Shown: piece after piece, positions 13,201-25,385 of the stretch
How the letters are laid out: every line of letters begins with the position of its first letter
Numbering within the stretch: position 1 is the stretch's first letter
Source: Glycera tridactyla
Taxonomy: Eukaryota
NCBI GenBank assembly: GCA_965644265.1
Contig: OZ286466.1
Coordinates: 38,068,001-38,132,000 of the forward strand
Length of the DNA: 64,000 nucleotides
Direction: 5' to 3'
The notes under the pieces: model-generated
Databases searched by the model: none
What the model was told of the DNA's origin: nothing
Seen by the model: the letters and a program-made list of their open reading frames with translations, nothing else
Program-made: the position numbers and the translations under genes

Positions 13201-16200
13201 TATAAACTATTCCCATAGAGAGTAGATTGAATTGAACATCTTTCCAAGCCATGCACAGTTGACTGATGTTGGTTCAGTCTCATATCCAATCACACATTTG
13301 TCAAGCTCTAGAAACTAGCCAAAAAACAAACAAAAAATGCCACAGGTAGATCTAACCCTCATTCGGACATCAATATCATGTAATGATGCATCATTTCAAC
13401 TTCAGCGTGGATTCCGAGTTGTCTGACCTAATCTGACACTGCTATGGCCATACTATATGTATATATGAATGTACGAGAATCAAAGTTATACTGAAGATCA
13501 ATGTAAAGGGTATACTGCATATGAATTCTATGAAATAAAGATATACGGAATTCAATGGAAGATGTAAATTTCATTGTAAAATATATTGAATACAGTTCGG
13601 AGAGTATCTTAATCCTACCAAAGATTGTGATGACATTTAACATGAAATTACACTGAAAACGTTCTGCTCACTCGCAATGTCTAACAAGAATGATTGCTCC
13701 TCAACATTTACTGCATTATGCTATTAATTTGATGATGGTATTGCCTCTCAACATTGCCTATCAGTGCTGATTGGACGAATCTATCAAACCACATGAATAC
13801 TCGAAATCTTATTATATCTTATATCACCGACCTTAACCCGTTGTTGACTGACAAGAAAGGGATCATGATGGCGAGGAGTAGCTCAGACCCCTTTTGTGCA
13901 CGATCAGTCATCAGAGCGAGCATGCAATTTTAGTGGATGTCGATACATGGAATGCACTATTTTTATTCCAACTGTTGGTCGTTAGTGGTTGCTGGCACTT
14001 CATATAGAAACTCATGGACAGCGTATGCTAACAACGCCAGTGAAAGTATTATGTGATCCTAATCATGTTTACTCGTATATTCCACCTTCACATGCCTTAT
14101 ATGTTATCATCATACAGAATTGATGGCAAGAGCTGCGGACATGTCATCACTAAAATATAATATAATATTGTATTATAATATATAACATATTGTATAATAC
14201 CCATCGGGAAATGCCAAGGCTTCGTCCTGTTTGCAGCTGCACTGAGGACGTGCCATCTCGTAAAGACTGCCATAATACTTAGAGCCAATGATACCACTGA
14301 TTTGGGTGAAAAGCCATGGTTACCAAATCATAACTGAGTATGTGCAAACAAGGTGGAACCAAGTCTGTCAATTGAAGTCAGTCATTCCAAAGTGATGCAC
14401 TATGCTGAATATGAAAGCATTGCTATCAAGATTGGTTGTCACTTTCCTGCCAGCTACATTGTTATATATGCCATCGCTCGTTCAGATTCATGAAAGGAAA
14501 GAAGAGGCGTATCTGAGCTCTCAGCTACATCCACTTGATGATTATTAAGATTCCCTGTAATCTTGTGTTTGGAATTGTTACAGTGATACACGAAGAGGAC
14601 AGGTCATCCGGTTTGTATTGATCAGGGACGCATGACATAGATAATTAATGCTCTAGGTGTCATTGAACCCAAGCAACCAACCATTTGAATTGTGATGGTA
14701 GTGGTAGAATAGCATAAAACATATCTGCTAGGATCAGAACTGAAGAGCCCTATCCTCACATATGGCATAGCTAAATCACAAATTACTGCTGTAGTGATAT
14801 GCACTTTAAAACAATTTGAAAATACACTACATCTCAGCTGGCATCAAGCAAAAAATTGGTATACTGGCATGGATGACAAAATGCAACGTTCTATGACAAA
14901 TGTGGAAAATAGATGCCACAAAATTCAGAGAAAAATTATCATTTCATATGCAAGAAATAGAATTACTGCAAGCTAGACAGGCAATCTTTACAGAAAAAGT
15001 ACAAGAACAACAATTGAAGAATGAAGAAAAGAGGGTTTTTTCTCTTGCAACAGTGAGCTCTGGGTCGACAATGGCACAATAAAGCACACCCATTTAGGGG
15101 AAACCCTTGTAGATGCGAAAACCTCCGATTTGATCTGTACCATGTGTTTTTGGTTGTCAGGAGTGGGATATGTTGTTCTTGTTCTCCTGTTTACTATAAG
15201 AAATTAGCTCTACTACTAGCACCTCACATTCATTGTCTAGATCATATTTCAGACATCTCCCTCGAACTGAAACTCATGGATATATGCCTCCAATGGGGGA
15301 CAATTCTGCTCATAAATTTTCTCAAAGAATGCTTAGATAGGGGAAAACGCAAGGGGGCAGTGCTCACATTTGTACCGGTAGTATCCTTGTCTTGTAGCCT
15401 GTGATGTGACATGAGCAATTGCTTGGGCACTCGATATAGACTCAACAGCTACCAGAGGTACATGTTCTGGGACCAGGCAGGAATCAAAACGCATTATTTC
15501 TCTAGTACTATCATATACAATGACACCCGCCACTATCTAGTCACATCTGCTGATTACCTGCCACCTTCGATACAATTCCAAAACACATTTCCAGTACTGA
15601 ATCAAGTCATAACATTTGTGAATATAGTTTTTTGAACAACAGCAAAAAAGCACGTCAAAGTATCTAGCCAAATGATAGGTAAGATAGGCAGGTTTCGTGT
15701 AGTGAAGCACTCATCACTGGTGTGATTTGGTCAAGGGAGACCATGTGCAAATCTCAACTTTCATCTGTGATGGGACCATGAATGATATACACGTCATCAA
15801 GGATGTATCAAGAGGCTGGTTTCTGACGTGCCACACAAATATCTGCTGTGAAAAAGTCTGTGCATGACATGAACACTCTATCATAGAGACAAGTAATTGA
15901 TTCTGCTACCAGAAAGTGTATACCACCACATTTTGCTGTCATGATGTCTACACTCAGAGGCTTTACCATATTACATTATGTCTAGAGGATGGTGATCCGA
16001 CCAAGAGACTAAACCAAGAACACACTCTTCTTTTACTATAGGTCCTACTATATTGGATCATGTTTGTAGCAAAGAGACGAAGAATACGCTCTTTTCTTTT
16101 ACCAGATGTGAAGTATATGATTACAGCATATGTCATTATCAGATTCTCCAGCAGGTTCCACCTCATGCCTTCCCATTTATCAATATGCCATGAGCAATCT

Positions 16201-19189
16201 CATTCAATAGACACCAAAAGCATCTGATACGCTGATAGAGGACAGAGGGATGCAGACTTTCAAGAGCTTGTACAATGCACTGGTTCCAGACTACATTATT
16301 GCATATTATGAACTGGTTCATGCGCAAAACATTCGAATGGAAGCAGAAGAATGAATGAATCAATGAACAAATGAATTAATGAATAAATGGATGAGTAGAG
16401 GGGACTGTAATTGTATAGCTGGGGGATAGAATGGATAGTTGGATGAATGTAAGGTCGACGGATTGGATAGATGGATGGATAAATAATGAGTATGTAAATG
16501 ATTCGATGGATAAACAGCTGAAAAGACAAACAGATGGACAGACAGAAAGACAGATGATTGGGTGGATTGATCAATCGAGAGTGATGTTTGGGTACTAAAT
16601 TAACAGGAAAAACAATACAGAAATTTCACTGAAATGCAATCATATGTGAAAGAAAAAATCAATTCTTGAAAATGATGTCAGTATCCAAGACAAAATGAGT
16701 TGCACATGAAGAGGACAGTCGGAAAACAGATATTTCATGGTGAGCAGACACATTGAGAGATGAATGTATGATTCGATCAATTGAAGTTTGTTGATGATGA
16801 ATATGAAGGGAACTAATCAACACCAAAGAACGCTTTCACATTACAGTCGTCCGTCCAAATAAATCCATGAACTTAACAAAACACAAAATATCATAAATAG
16901 ATTGGAAATAAATGATCGAACTCATTGCTGAAGAAAAATGAAGTATGAATGCGTTGGGATGCAGTATTTTCGGGACTTTTTTTATGAGAATTCCCTGAGG
17001 CAGTAAGATTGGGTACAGGAGGGTATAAGAGGAAGTAATGGAATGAAACAGGTGGAAAAAACAAAAACGAGAGGAACTCATACAATGATGACTTATAGAT
17101 ATGAATGAATACTCAAATAATGAATGATTTCATCAACAAGGCTGAGCATATTAATAAAAGTATAAAAAAATGAATAGAAAAATCTCACTTACACCTTCGA
17201 CCAATTCTACTGTATAGTCGTCAGTCTAAATAAATGAAATAAATGAACAGGTGAACAAACAAATACACAAATTGACAAACAAACATGTATAAACGAATGA
17301 ATGACCGAATCAAGAAATACAGTGAGTGTTATGTAATACTTATACTCACTTCGTTCATGTTGGCAGTGAAGTGTCCCTGTGATTCACCCTCTGAAACTGA
17401 CACATTTCCTTCATTCTTCTGTTCCCATACAACCTTGAAGTCCTGTACCGGAGGATCAGAGTTGACTGTGCAGTTGACCATTACGTCTGTCTGGTGAAGT
17501 TCGACTGCATACACCTTTTCACAGAAGAACTTGGGAGTGTCTGAAATGGAAAATAAGAAGGAGAAATGTACAGGATGTAGATCTCTGGGGTGAAATTTAA
17601 GATGTAGTCACTTCAATTCTCAACTCTGCGTGGCTTCTACTCGATTGCGGTTCACTTTCCATGCTAGACCTGCATCATGACACCATTGATTCTGCACATC
17701 TCGCAAAGAATGCACCACAATGTTCAGGTGGATAGGTTAAATTACCATACGCCATCACTCACTCCACCTAGGGGTGATTGGCTATGAAAGAGAATAGGAA
17801 TTAGTTCCAAAAGTCTCCACCAGTGTGTTTCAATGTATTGACCTCAAAGTGGCATCTCAGTGAGCTGACTCCCACTTCCTGTTTCAATCACTGCCATTTA
17901 AATATCTGGGAGTGTGAGATATGATTCGAACTGTCTTTCTGCAATCAATATGATATATCCAGTTACTCAAGACATTCCTATCATCAAAATTGACACATGG
18001 ATTACGAAAAATCCATTGTGCACCTCATATGCTTAAGCTGCAATGAGTACATAATCTGCTGATGGATGTGCCTCAAAACAAAACATCCAGATTTGTGCAT
18101 ACAAAAAGATCCACTCTGTTAATTCACAAAGATTGGGGTAAGTTCCCTGACATTCTAATCTTACGACAATGGTTTTTCTCGTGAAGAAATATCAAAAAGT
18201 CCCCACAAAAAATACAAAAAGAAAAAAATCATATTATTTCTCATTTTTTTATGTCTAATATTCTATGTTTCAGCAGCGATCATGACTCATATCTAGGATA
18301 ATCTTGTCTGGGTTGAAGAGATATTATAGGCCCTACTCAATCAATCAATCAATTAATCATATCTTGAGATATGCCACATAAAGTCATCCCAATCAATATT
18401 CCATTGCTATGGTTCTTCAAAACAGCACTAGATGGCAGTGATGATACTTACAACCCGAGAGCTTGACATGGATGGCGCGGTTTTCTTTCTTCCATTTGGA
18501 TCCAGGAACCTTGGCTTCACATCGCAGCTCCTTGTTGCTGAACTCGTAGTCGATGGTCAGAGACTCGTTCTTCATCTCAACATTGTACTTGACCTCTTCC
18601 CTGCCGACGACATCTCCGTCCTTGACAGGTGTGACCTGAGACAACGAAAATTGGCATGTCAAATATATGTTTGTTTGTAATAAGATTTGTTTTCATATGG
18701 CAGAATGATTTATACGAAATGATTTTAAGAGCTACATGGTGAACATAAAGCATCAATATTCTTAACTACACAAGATATGGAAATGAGCAATGACAAATAT
18801 ATGGATAAAGTTTATTAGCTCATACACTGCCAAAACTTTGAGGACATAGAAATTTAAGGGGATGATGAATACACTAGGATTCACAACAAAATGTTACCAC
18901 TGTCCTCAGTAGACTGATTGATCGATTGATATTTCTTTATTTTGATTCGTCATATGTACATGTACATACAATTACCCTTAATAAAGGGCTTTTCCGGGTT
19001 GACGAATAAGCATACTCATAACAATGAATATTCCGTTCAATCATATTTACTTAACTCGTTAGTGGTTAGTACTATCTCCAAAATTACAAACCCTATCGAT
19101 GTCAATAATATATCAAAATGAGTTGATACTGGCTCTCATTTTACCTTCAAAGAACCATATGATGATGTTAGTGTATTGTTTCGGAAATG

Positions 19190-19233
<44 letters not shown>

Positions 19234-22200
19234 CAACATGGTTATGTTACACTTACACAACTGTCTGGTCTATAATATCAGATTTAAATATCGATGTGCA
19301 TGAATAATTTCAGTTTCTCTTTAAAAAATTCGGTTTCGCACGATCCAACAGACATGGTACTGTGTGAAGTAAAACGAATACTACTGAATAAATGAGACCA
19401 TATTCAAGTGGTGTCCAAATGAATGATTTGAATGTTGATGAATAGCACTGACATGGACCAATGTGTGAGAAACCCTGCTAGTAATTGTAAGAGAGTGGAA
19501 AATAGGGCCATGGTTGACTCAATACCGAGTGTTATACTCTAAGGTCAGACTCTCGGGTTTCCGTGTAGTTGGGATATTTGATTTCTGCCGGGAAATTAGA
19601 TTACAAAGAAATGATACTTTGTGCTGAAGTTTTGGGAAAATCAGGAAATTACTGAAACGTGGAAATCACATCATGTGAAAACATGTAGGACACATATTAG
19701 GCTCGTGCTATATCTCATAAAGATCGCTGTGCGATCCTGGACATAATGGAAGCTGAGCCATCCTCAGGATCGGGGGGGGGGCGGCCTTGAAAATCACTCT
19801 TTCACTCGCTCAATAAATCGACCTCTCACTCACTCAATCATTCAACTAAATATTTCGATACAAATCCGAGTAAGTACAAGAATCCTCATGTCAAGCACAT
19901 CTCCAACTAGATGCACTCACTGAGTGTGAATGCTCCACTGAGTGCATGCTTGTCACAAGATAAGCGATTGAGAGAAGAGAAATACATGGACAAAACTAAC
20001 ACCTCTTCAAATTTAAGATAGCCAACCCCAAATCCATAGGTGTCTTGCTAGACTGTAGAAGAGTCCATGCTACAAGGTTGAACTAGCTAGTTCTGTAACT
20101 TTCCAAGTTATTCTTCAGAAACCACATGGACTCTTCCGCACTCAGTGATCTTAAAATTCAATGTGGCTACACCTAGATCGATAGGTAGCTTGTCATAGCT
20201 TAGGAAAGTATGTAGACCAAGTGTGAGATGGCTATCCCTGCAACACTTTAAGATTTTTTTTTTTGATTTATATTCTTTATTTAGTCTCGTCATCCATATA
20301 TCTATATAAAATACACATAAGGAAATACATGTGCCCACAATTGGGCGTTCCCATGTTGACGATGAACAAATAGAAAACACACACATCAAAGTCCGGGGTA
20401 ATGAACACATCATGAGATGTAGGTTGATGAGATGAATGATTATGAGAGCTGATAATTATGAAAACTGATGATGATGGCCTAGGATTAGGATATACAATTA
20501 TTGTTACTTTGCTTTTAGGTGAACAAAAGGTTGACCCAAATATTTCGTCGTTACCCTCAATCCAAGTGGAGAAAGATATTGTCCAGAAATCATTCAAGCC
20601 CAGTCATCCCTACACACCGGGGTCGATTCGAAACATAATGTCCCTTCAGTGTTACACACCACATAAAAAGTTGGAGTGCTCCAGTCAGATTGATTTTTGG
20701 AAGAATAAAAATAAGAATATAATAATAATAATAAAGCTTCACCTTCTTTTCGAATAAATGTGAGATGTCCTTGTCTCCCAGCATCATCTTGACCTCTGGC
20801 TCGGGGTAGCTTCCTTCCACATGACAGTACAGCTTACGTTTCTCACCCTCGGCAAATGTCACATTCTGTCCATCACGGTATGTGATCTGCTCAGAACCCT
20901 CCATGTCCTTTGAAATAAGTTCAATAGTTTCGATCCGATCTGAAAATACACCAAGTTTCATGATACTATAACATGAAGATCGTTTACAAATGCATGAATC
21001 TACCTCATGTCGATGAAATCAAACAAATCATCTCAATGGGTCTGCCAAAATGTGGTGAATTTTTGTTATTGGGATTTTCAGATTATCCGCAATTCCTACC
21101 GCAATCTCTGTATCATCAGCCAGCGCTGCGGCATCCAATTTTTTGGGCAAATCCACCCGTATCCTCCTTCATTTATAGTCAGATTAGGTTTCTCCCTCAT
21201 TGTGATAAGATCACAACTGAACTCAAAACAGCGAATTTGACCTTAAGCTGAATATGATATGTTTCTCCATCATATGTTTCATCATCATTGAATCATTATT
21301 CTGCATTGTGAGGTTCGCCACATAGGACTAGTTGTATTGAGAATGAGAAAAAATATTATAGGAGAGAAATGTAGAGGTAGTAACCCAAGTGATGGCCGAA
21401 AGAGCCAAACTGCGGCTGAGACATAATACCATACTCTTCGGGTATGTTCATCATGAGCAGGTCATCGCAGCTCCTTTCATTTTTAAACGATGAAGAACAT
21501 TTATTTGCATGAAGGTAACTATTTGAGTACCATCTTACAAATCAAGAGAGTAACGGGTGTTAGTAGTAACAACATAATATGGGTACTCATGAATATAGGG
21601 TATATGGAAATTGACATGTATGAAAAGAATTTTGAGAATTTTACTAGCTATTCCACAATATCATTCCATCACGTTTGCCTATTTGAATTTATACGTATGT
21701 AATGATGTAGGAGGGCGACAATAAAAGAGATAGGGACGAATTAAGGGCGGATTAAGTTGGAAATAAGTAGGAAAATAATGCAGAAAAGGATATACCCTTA
21801 TGAATACTTACTGAATACGACAAACTGCTTGAAGATCTCCACACGGTTGCCGGGTATCTTGCATCCCAGTTCTCCAGCATCATTCAGCTGTGCATCTGGA
21901 AACAACATTCACTGCCAATTCAAAATGCCTATACATACAAGCCTGCTCTATGACGTCACTGAGAGATGCATCACTAGGGAGACACCAGGTGTCACCACAA
22001 TACTCAAGTGTCTAATGAACTCTTTCAGTCTCTCAATCATTCGATTACTAACTGATTCACTCACTGATTCACTCACTCACAAGCAATTAACTGCTGGAGC
22101 CTATACTCCATAACAGCATGAATAGGCAATGAAGTGGCTTATTTGAAGAGTTCATCCCCTGTGAACGGTTTTGATCGGAGGTGTCATATGAAGAGACGGC

Positions 22201-23536
22201 TCCTAAACTATACATTTTTTCTCTATGCGATACCTTCAACCCATCAGATAATGATCTAGTTCATGAGCATTTGACCACGACTTCAACCTGATAACCACCA
22301 CTGTTCCCCACCACCTATGTTTAGGATGATTCTTGCAGGTGAAATACTTTGAATACATGTCTCAAAACCTACCACCGACTGAATTCTGACCCCCTCCCCC
22401 CACCACCCGCCATGTGCTTGCATATGTTTATGTGTATTATACTATAGCTGGGGGTAACCGTCGTTGTTGGTATGTGGAGACTTGATATGGTGTCATGGCA
22501 AGCCCTTGAGCATCTTTCTCAGACCCTTTATATAGTTGGTAGTGTATGCCAGGTTCAATGTTTTGATTTGATCACCTTTCAGATTGGGCTCCTCCTCGGG
22601 AAGGGACCAACATGGACAAGGTTCATAATTCCATAACGATACCATTAAACACATCTGTATGATCTGCGCCACCCACAGAAGAGGCACCTCTGTGTAGAGG
22701 TAACTGAGTGGAACCTCTGTACTCCACCACTTCACCCCAACCAGGTGTGAATGGGTACTTGACCAATAGGCAGTGATGCTGACTGTAGAGTGCTTAGCCC
22801 GAGGAATGTATTTGTAAAGTCGGGTGAACTTGCTAAGGATACCACACTATAAACCACTACATTTATACGCATCATGGACTCAGGAAACGAAAGCCACCTT
22901 AGCTCTCTTATATTGCTGGAATCAACAAGCATGTCAAATCAATGACTGATTATGACAGAGTGGTGCTTCTCAAAAAAAGGTCATCCTGCCAGTGAAAGTT
23001 CAAGGGAGTGGATCATTTACTACAATACTGCTACACAATGTAGACAATCATAGCCAATGGGAATTATATAAACCATTGGCTGCGAGCCTGTCGTTTCAAT
23101 CCTGCGGCAACACAATGCTAACATGCAAAGGCCAAAGAGCTACCAAAGGAAAACGTGGGTCCCCTCTTGGGACACCAACGGCTGATTTTGGTGCCCTCGA
23201 CCTGAATAAAAATAGGAGTTCACTCACTTTTGATCCAGAGATTGAACTTGACATGGTATTTGCCACCAGTATTTTTCTCTATGATAGAGGCATTGTAACG
23301 TGATTCTGGGAAGGACCCAGTGAGGATGTGGTTAGTGGCGATCTCTTCTTGGTGAGGAGCCTCTTTTTCGTCGTCCTCATTTGGCAAGGTCTTTTTCATC
23401 CAGTAGAGAACTTCGATGTCGATGGGGTCCTCGCTGGTCACTAGGCAGGTCAAGACAACCTGCTGGCCTGGATAGATGGCTGGCGGATCGGGGTCAGTGT
23501 TGAGCACAACCGCCAACTGGGACTCCACACTCGCAA
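2662..23536 (-). CDS. Gene A: 3-Ig-domain (V + CD80-like C2 + atypical Ig), probably GPI-anchored cell-surface/adhesion protein; Fasciclin-3/nectin/lachesin-like topology; 7 coding exons found, leader exon missing
   Basis: join(23228..23536, 21812..21895, 20743..20939, 18452..18635, 17350..17540, 7341..7479, 2662..2750). All introns are GT-AG, phases 1,1,0,1,0,1 are mutually compatible, and the frame is open for about 397 codons. Motifs: VVLTC..YW..DAGELGC; LYCHVEGSYPEP..LRCEA; PKFFC..VNCTV..DYIFTASNSLG; hydrophobic tail. Confidence 0.9.
2904..3033. other. Assembly/masking gap; others at 7644-7857, 29938-30215, 35957-36297 and 36330-36489
   Basis: Runs of N, several adjoining simple repeats. 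Confidence 0.99.
3039..3112. repeat. (GT)n microsatellite; others at 3882-3957, 10215-10340 and (AC)n at 31735-31764
   Basis: Direct reading. Confidence 0.97.
4540..4905 (+). mobile_element. Probable LINE 3' end with AATAAA and (AATC)n tail
   Basis: KSLPTTIK-like ORF2 end, then AAATAAAA at about 4835 followed by an (aatc) array at 4852-4900. Confidence 0.35.
7099..7266 (-). CDS. Possible alternative 3' end of gene A: 11-nt micro-exon 7256..7266 plus terminal exon 7099..7173
   Basis: ttttaaagattag|GATTCATCATG|gtgag then ctctgttttatag|TAT..TGA gives ..KEV-GFIM-YRDTPLARLCSVAATLLLLIPMRS-stop in frame; introns of 74 and 82 nt. Confidence 0.35.
7341..7479 (-). CDS. Gene A exon: second half of Ig domain 3
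   Basis: Acceptor tttctttgcag, donor TTG|gtgagt; 139 nt, phase 0-1; KSPTEFMVSLHIDRVFDQHFTDYIFTASNSLGRTRHVVALKNSKEV, matching gene B exon 35797..35920. Confidence 0.85.
10805..11370 (+). mobile_element. Decayed RTE-clade LINE reverse transcriptase fragment
   Basis: Degenerate RT motifs in order: GDFSMGERYRIMSPRSIV (NYRGISL), NCICPAID, DLFVNAIASTYTDNKTEVLSAD, GILQGDSLVPLLNIIVIDYVL (QGD motif), TDLNY; stops and frameshifts. Confidence 0.8.
11790..12545 (+). mobile_element. Decayed L2/CR1-like LINE ORF2 fragment, interrupted around 12060-12300
   Basis: NVINEYF/GENLASKL linker; KNYRTMSISPVISKIL; Q*GFKRHH..ILEEIKENVD*GRATAVVFLDLK (RT domains 1-3). Confidence 0.75.
17350..17540 (-). CDS. Gene A exon: first half of Ig domain 3
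   Basis: Acceptor ttccatttcag, donor GAA|gtgagt; 191 nt, phase 1-0; (Y)TPKFFCEKVYAVELHQTDVMVNCTVNSDPPVQDFKVVWEQ. Confidence 0.9.
17650..18030 (-). mobile_element. Possible heavily decayed L2-like RT C-terminal fragment
   Basis: RNPCVNFDDRNVLSNWIYHIDCRKTVRII..RYL resembles the RNLGVxFD..LS..HI motif; later LRDVQN. Confidence 0.35.
18452..18635 (-). CDS. Gene A exon: second half of Ig domain 2
   Basis: Acceptor ttttcgttgtctcag, donor GGTT|gtaagt; 184 nt, phase 0-1; VTPVKDG..SLTIDYEFSNKELRCEAKVPG. Confidence 0.9.
20743..20939 (-). CDS. Gene A exon: first half of CD80-like C2 Ig domain 2
   Basis: Acceptor gtgtattttcag, donor AAG|gtgaag; 197 nt, phase 1-0; RIETIEL..VTFAEGEKRKLYCHVEGSYPEPEVKMMLGDKDI. 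Confidence 0.9.
21812..21895 (-). CDS. Gene A exon: C-terminal part of Ig domain 1 (not in the ORF track)
   Basis: Acceptor tgttgtttccag, donor TTCA|gtaagt; 84 nt, phase 1-1; (N)AQLNDAGELGCKIPGNRVEIFKQFVVF supplies the D-x-G-x-x-x-C F strand. Confidence 0.9.
23228..23536 (-). CDS. Gene A exon: N-terminal part of V-type Ig domain 1
   Basis: Acceptor ttgttttgtttcag, donor AAAA|gtgagt; 309 nt, phase 1-1; encodes ASVESQLAVVLNTDPDPPAIYPGQQVVLTCLVT..LYWMKK..SRYNASI..FNLWIK. Confidence 0.92.
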
Positions 23537-23624
23537 CTGAAACAAAACAAGAGAAGAACCAGATCAGTTCTGGGACAGAAACCAGTGATTTTGATCTTGA
23601 ATGAAACTATGTTTCACGATACAA

Positions 23625-23775
23625 TATTGAAATGTACAAATTGCATTTGTCAGAAATCATCTGATATTTTGAGGATTTGAAACTGGGATCTCTGGCAGCG
23701 TGTGAAAGAGCAAGCTGTCCTGGGTGGTAAGCTAAGTGGGCCGCTTCAAAGAAAGCAGCCACACACCCGGCCGAG
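23625..23775 (-). mobile_element. tRNA-derived SINE-like repeat copy next to gene A first Ig exon
   Basis: Shares gggtgtgtggctgctttc, cagcttgct, gagatcc and cagatgatttctga..tgtacatttcaat with 46230-46390; degenerate B box gtttcaaatcc. Confidence 0.55.
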
Positions 23776-24378
23776 TACGAATCACAAGAGAAGAACAATA
23801 TCACCTCCGGATTAAGAGGTCACCGGAACACAAAAGATCATTGTTAGTTCTGGGACAAATGCAGGGCTCTCCGGAATGGGCGACAGGGGTGGGGATTCAG
23901 TCGAATCATAAAAGGATAAGAATTCCTATCCTACCCTCACCCCAAATACTATAATATTTGTAGATACGTTTTTAATACGTTGTCACCTCAAGATCGTACT
24001 AATATAGGTGAGTTATTCGTCGGAAGAAAGCCCTGTGTCTGGGGTGAATGCGTTACATGAATAAGACGAAATAAAAGAAAGTGTTCAAACAAAAGATCAA
24101 TGACGAGGAAGAGGATTTCTAGATTGAAGACAGGGCAGTCTATCACGTACCCCGGGCCTGTGATCAGCTAAATGACTAAATGTAAGTCATAAGGCTCAGT
24201 TCAATGGGCATGTTACAAGCGTGGAAAGTTTAAGAGTGGAATGATGAATGAATTTGATACAATTGAGGACATAGCAATGATGTGAATGAAACTTACAAAA
24301 ATTATTGATCACTGTAATTACTAGAGAAAGAATAGACCCGAGTGTAGGGACAAGACGCTGGTCAGCAAAACAGGTGAC

Positions 24379-24744
24379 CACTGGAGGTCAAACTGATATA
24401 AAGTATCTTACACTGGAGGTTAATGTGAAGTACCTTACACTGCAGGTCAAACTGATTTAGTATCTCACACTGGAGGTCAACCTGATTTGACGTACCTTAC
24501 ACTAGAGGTCAAACCAATGTAAAGTACCTTACACTGCAGGTCAAACTGATTTAGTATCTCACACTGGAGGTCAACCTGATTTAACGTACCTGACACTAGA
24601 GGTCAAACTAATGTAAGTACCTTACACTGCAGGTCAAACTGGTTTAGTTGGTCACACTGGAGGTCAACCTGATCTAACGTACCTTGCACTGGAGGTCAAA
24701 CTAATGTAAAGTACCTTACACTGGAGGTCAAACTGATGTAAAGA
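24379..24744. repeat. Minisatellite, 12 units of about 31 bp with a 3-unit (about 94 bp) higher-order period
   Basis: Unit cact(g/a)(g/c)aggtcaa(a/c)c..tac(c/t)tta read directly; variants cycle A-B-C three times. Confidence 0.95.
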
Positions 24745-25249
24745 ACCCGTCTTTATTTGTCGATACACTGCCACCGAAAAACCGGGACTGAACACTCTTC
24801 TACCACTCCTGTGACGTAGCATATTCTGAGGGAGTTCTATGCTTTTGCAACTGTTTTGATATATTTTGGATAGTAGCACTGTCGAAGTCCGAAGGCCATG
24901 ATCTTCCCATTGCTGCGATTATAGCTATTTTGGGGTAGGAGTTTCAAACTTGTAAAGAGTGTAACCATCTACTAATTTGGAACCCACATCATCTGTGCTC
25001 TTTCCTTCAGCCAAAAATGTCTCCATCAAAAAACCGCATGTTGGAGGAATGACCCTTGCCAGTTGTTGCCTATACTTTGTTTATGCACTGTTTATATTCA
25101 GCTGAACATGAAGTAATAGACGAACCATGTCGTGAATTCGATGAACATACCCTGTATGAAGGGGACATGTGTCTTGAATAAAATTCTGCAATAAAGTATG
25201 AAACCTCATGATTGATTCATTTTTGTCCAACGTCCTTTCAACAGCTGGC

Positions 25250-25385
25250 TCATATCGAAAAGACTATCCAAAACTTTTTGAAGTATAAAACTAAAAAAAA
25301 AATTCTTTTCTTCAGTCTTATAATCCTCCCAGGGTCGAAGGGAAGTTAAACTTCCCTCACTCAAATCATACAATCAATCAATCTG
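25250..25385 (+). mobile_element. L2/CR1-like 3' terminus with stem-loop and (AATC) tail
   Basis: ..SFLQSYNP.. ORF2-end-like text, hairpin gggaag-ttaaa-cttccc, then tcaatcaatc. Confidence 0.4.

Noticed and set aside
24379-24744. CRISPR-like array
   Set aside because: The units are contiguous with no unique spacers, the context is a eukaryotic intron and there are no cas genes.
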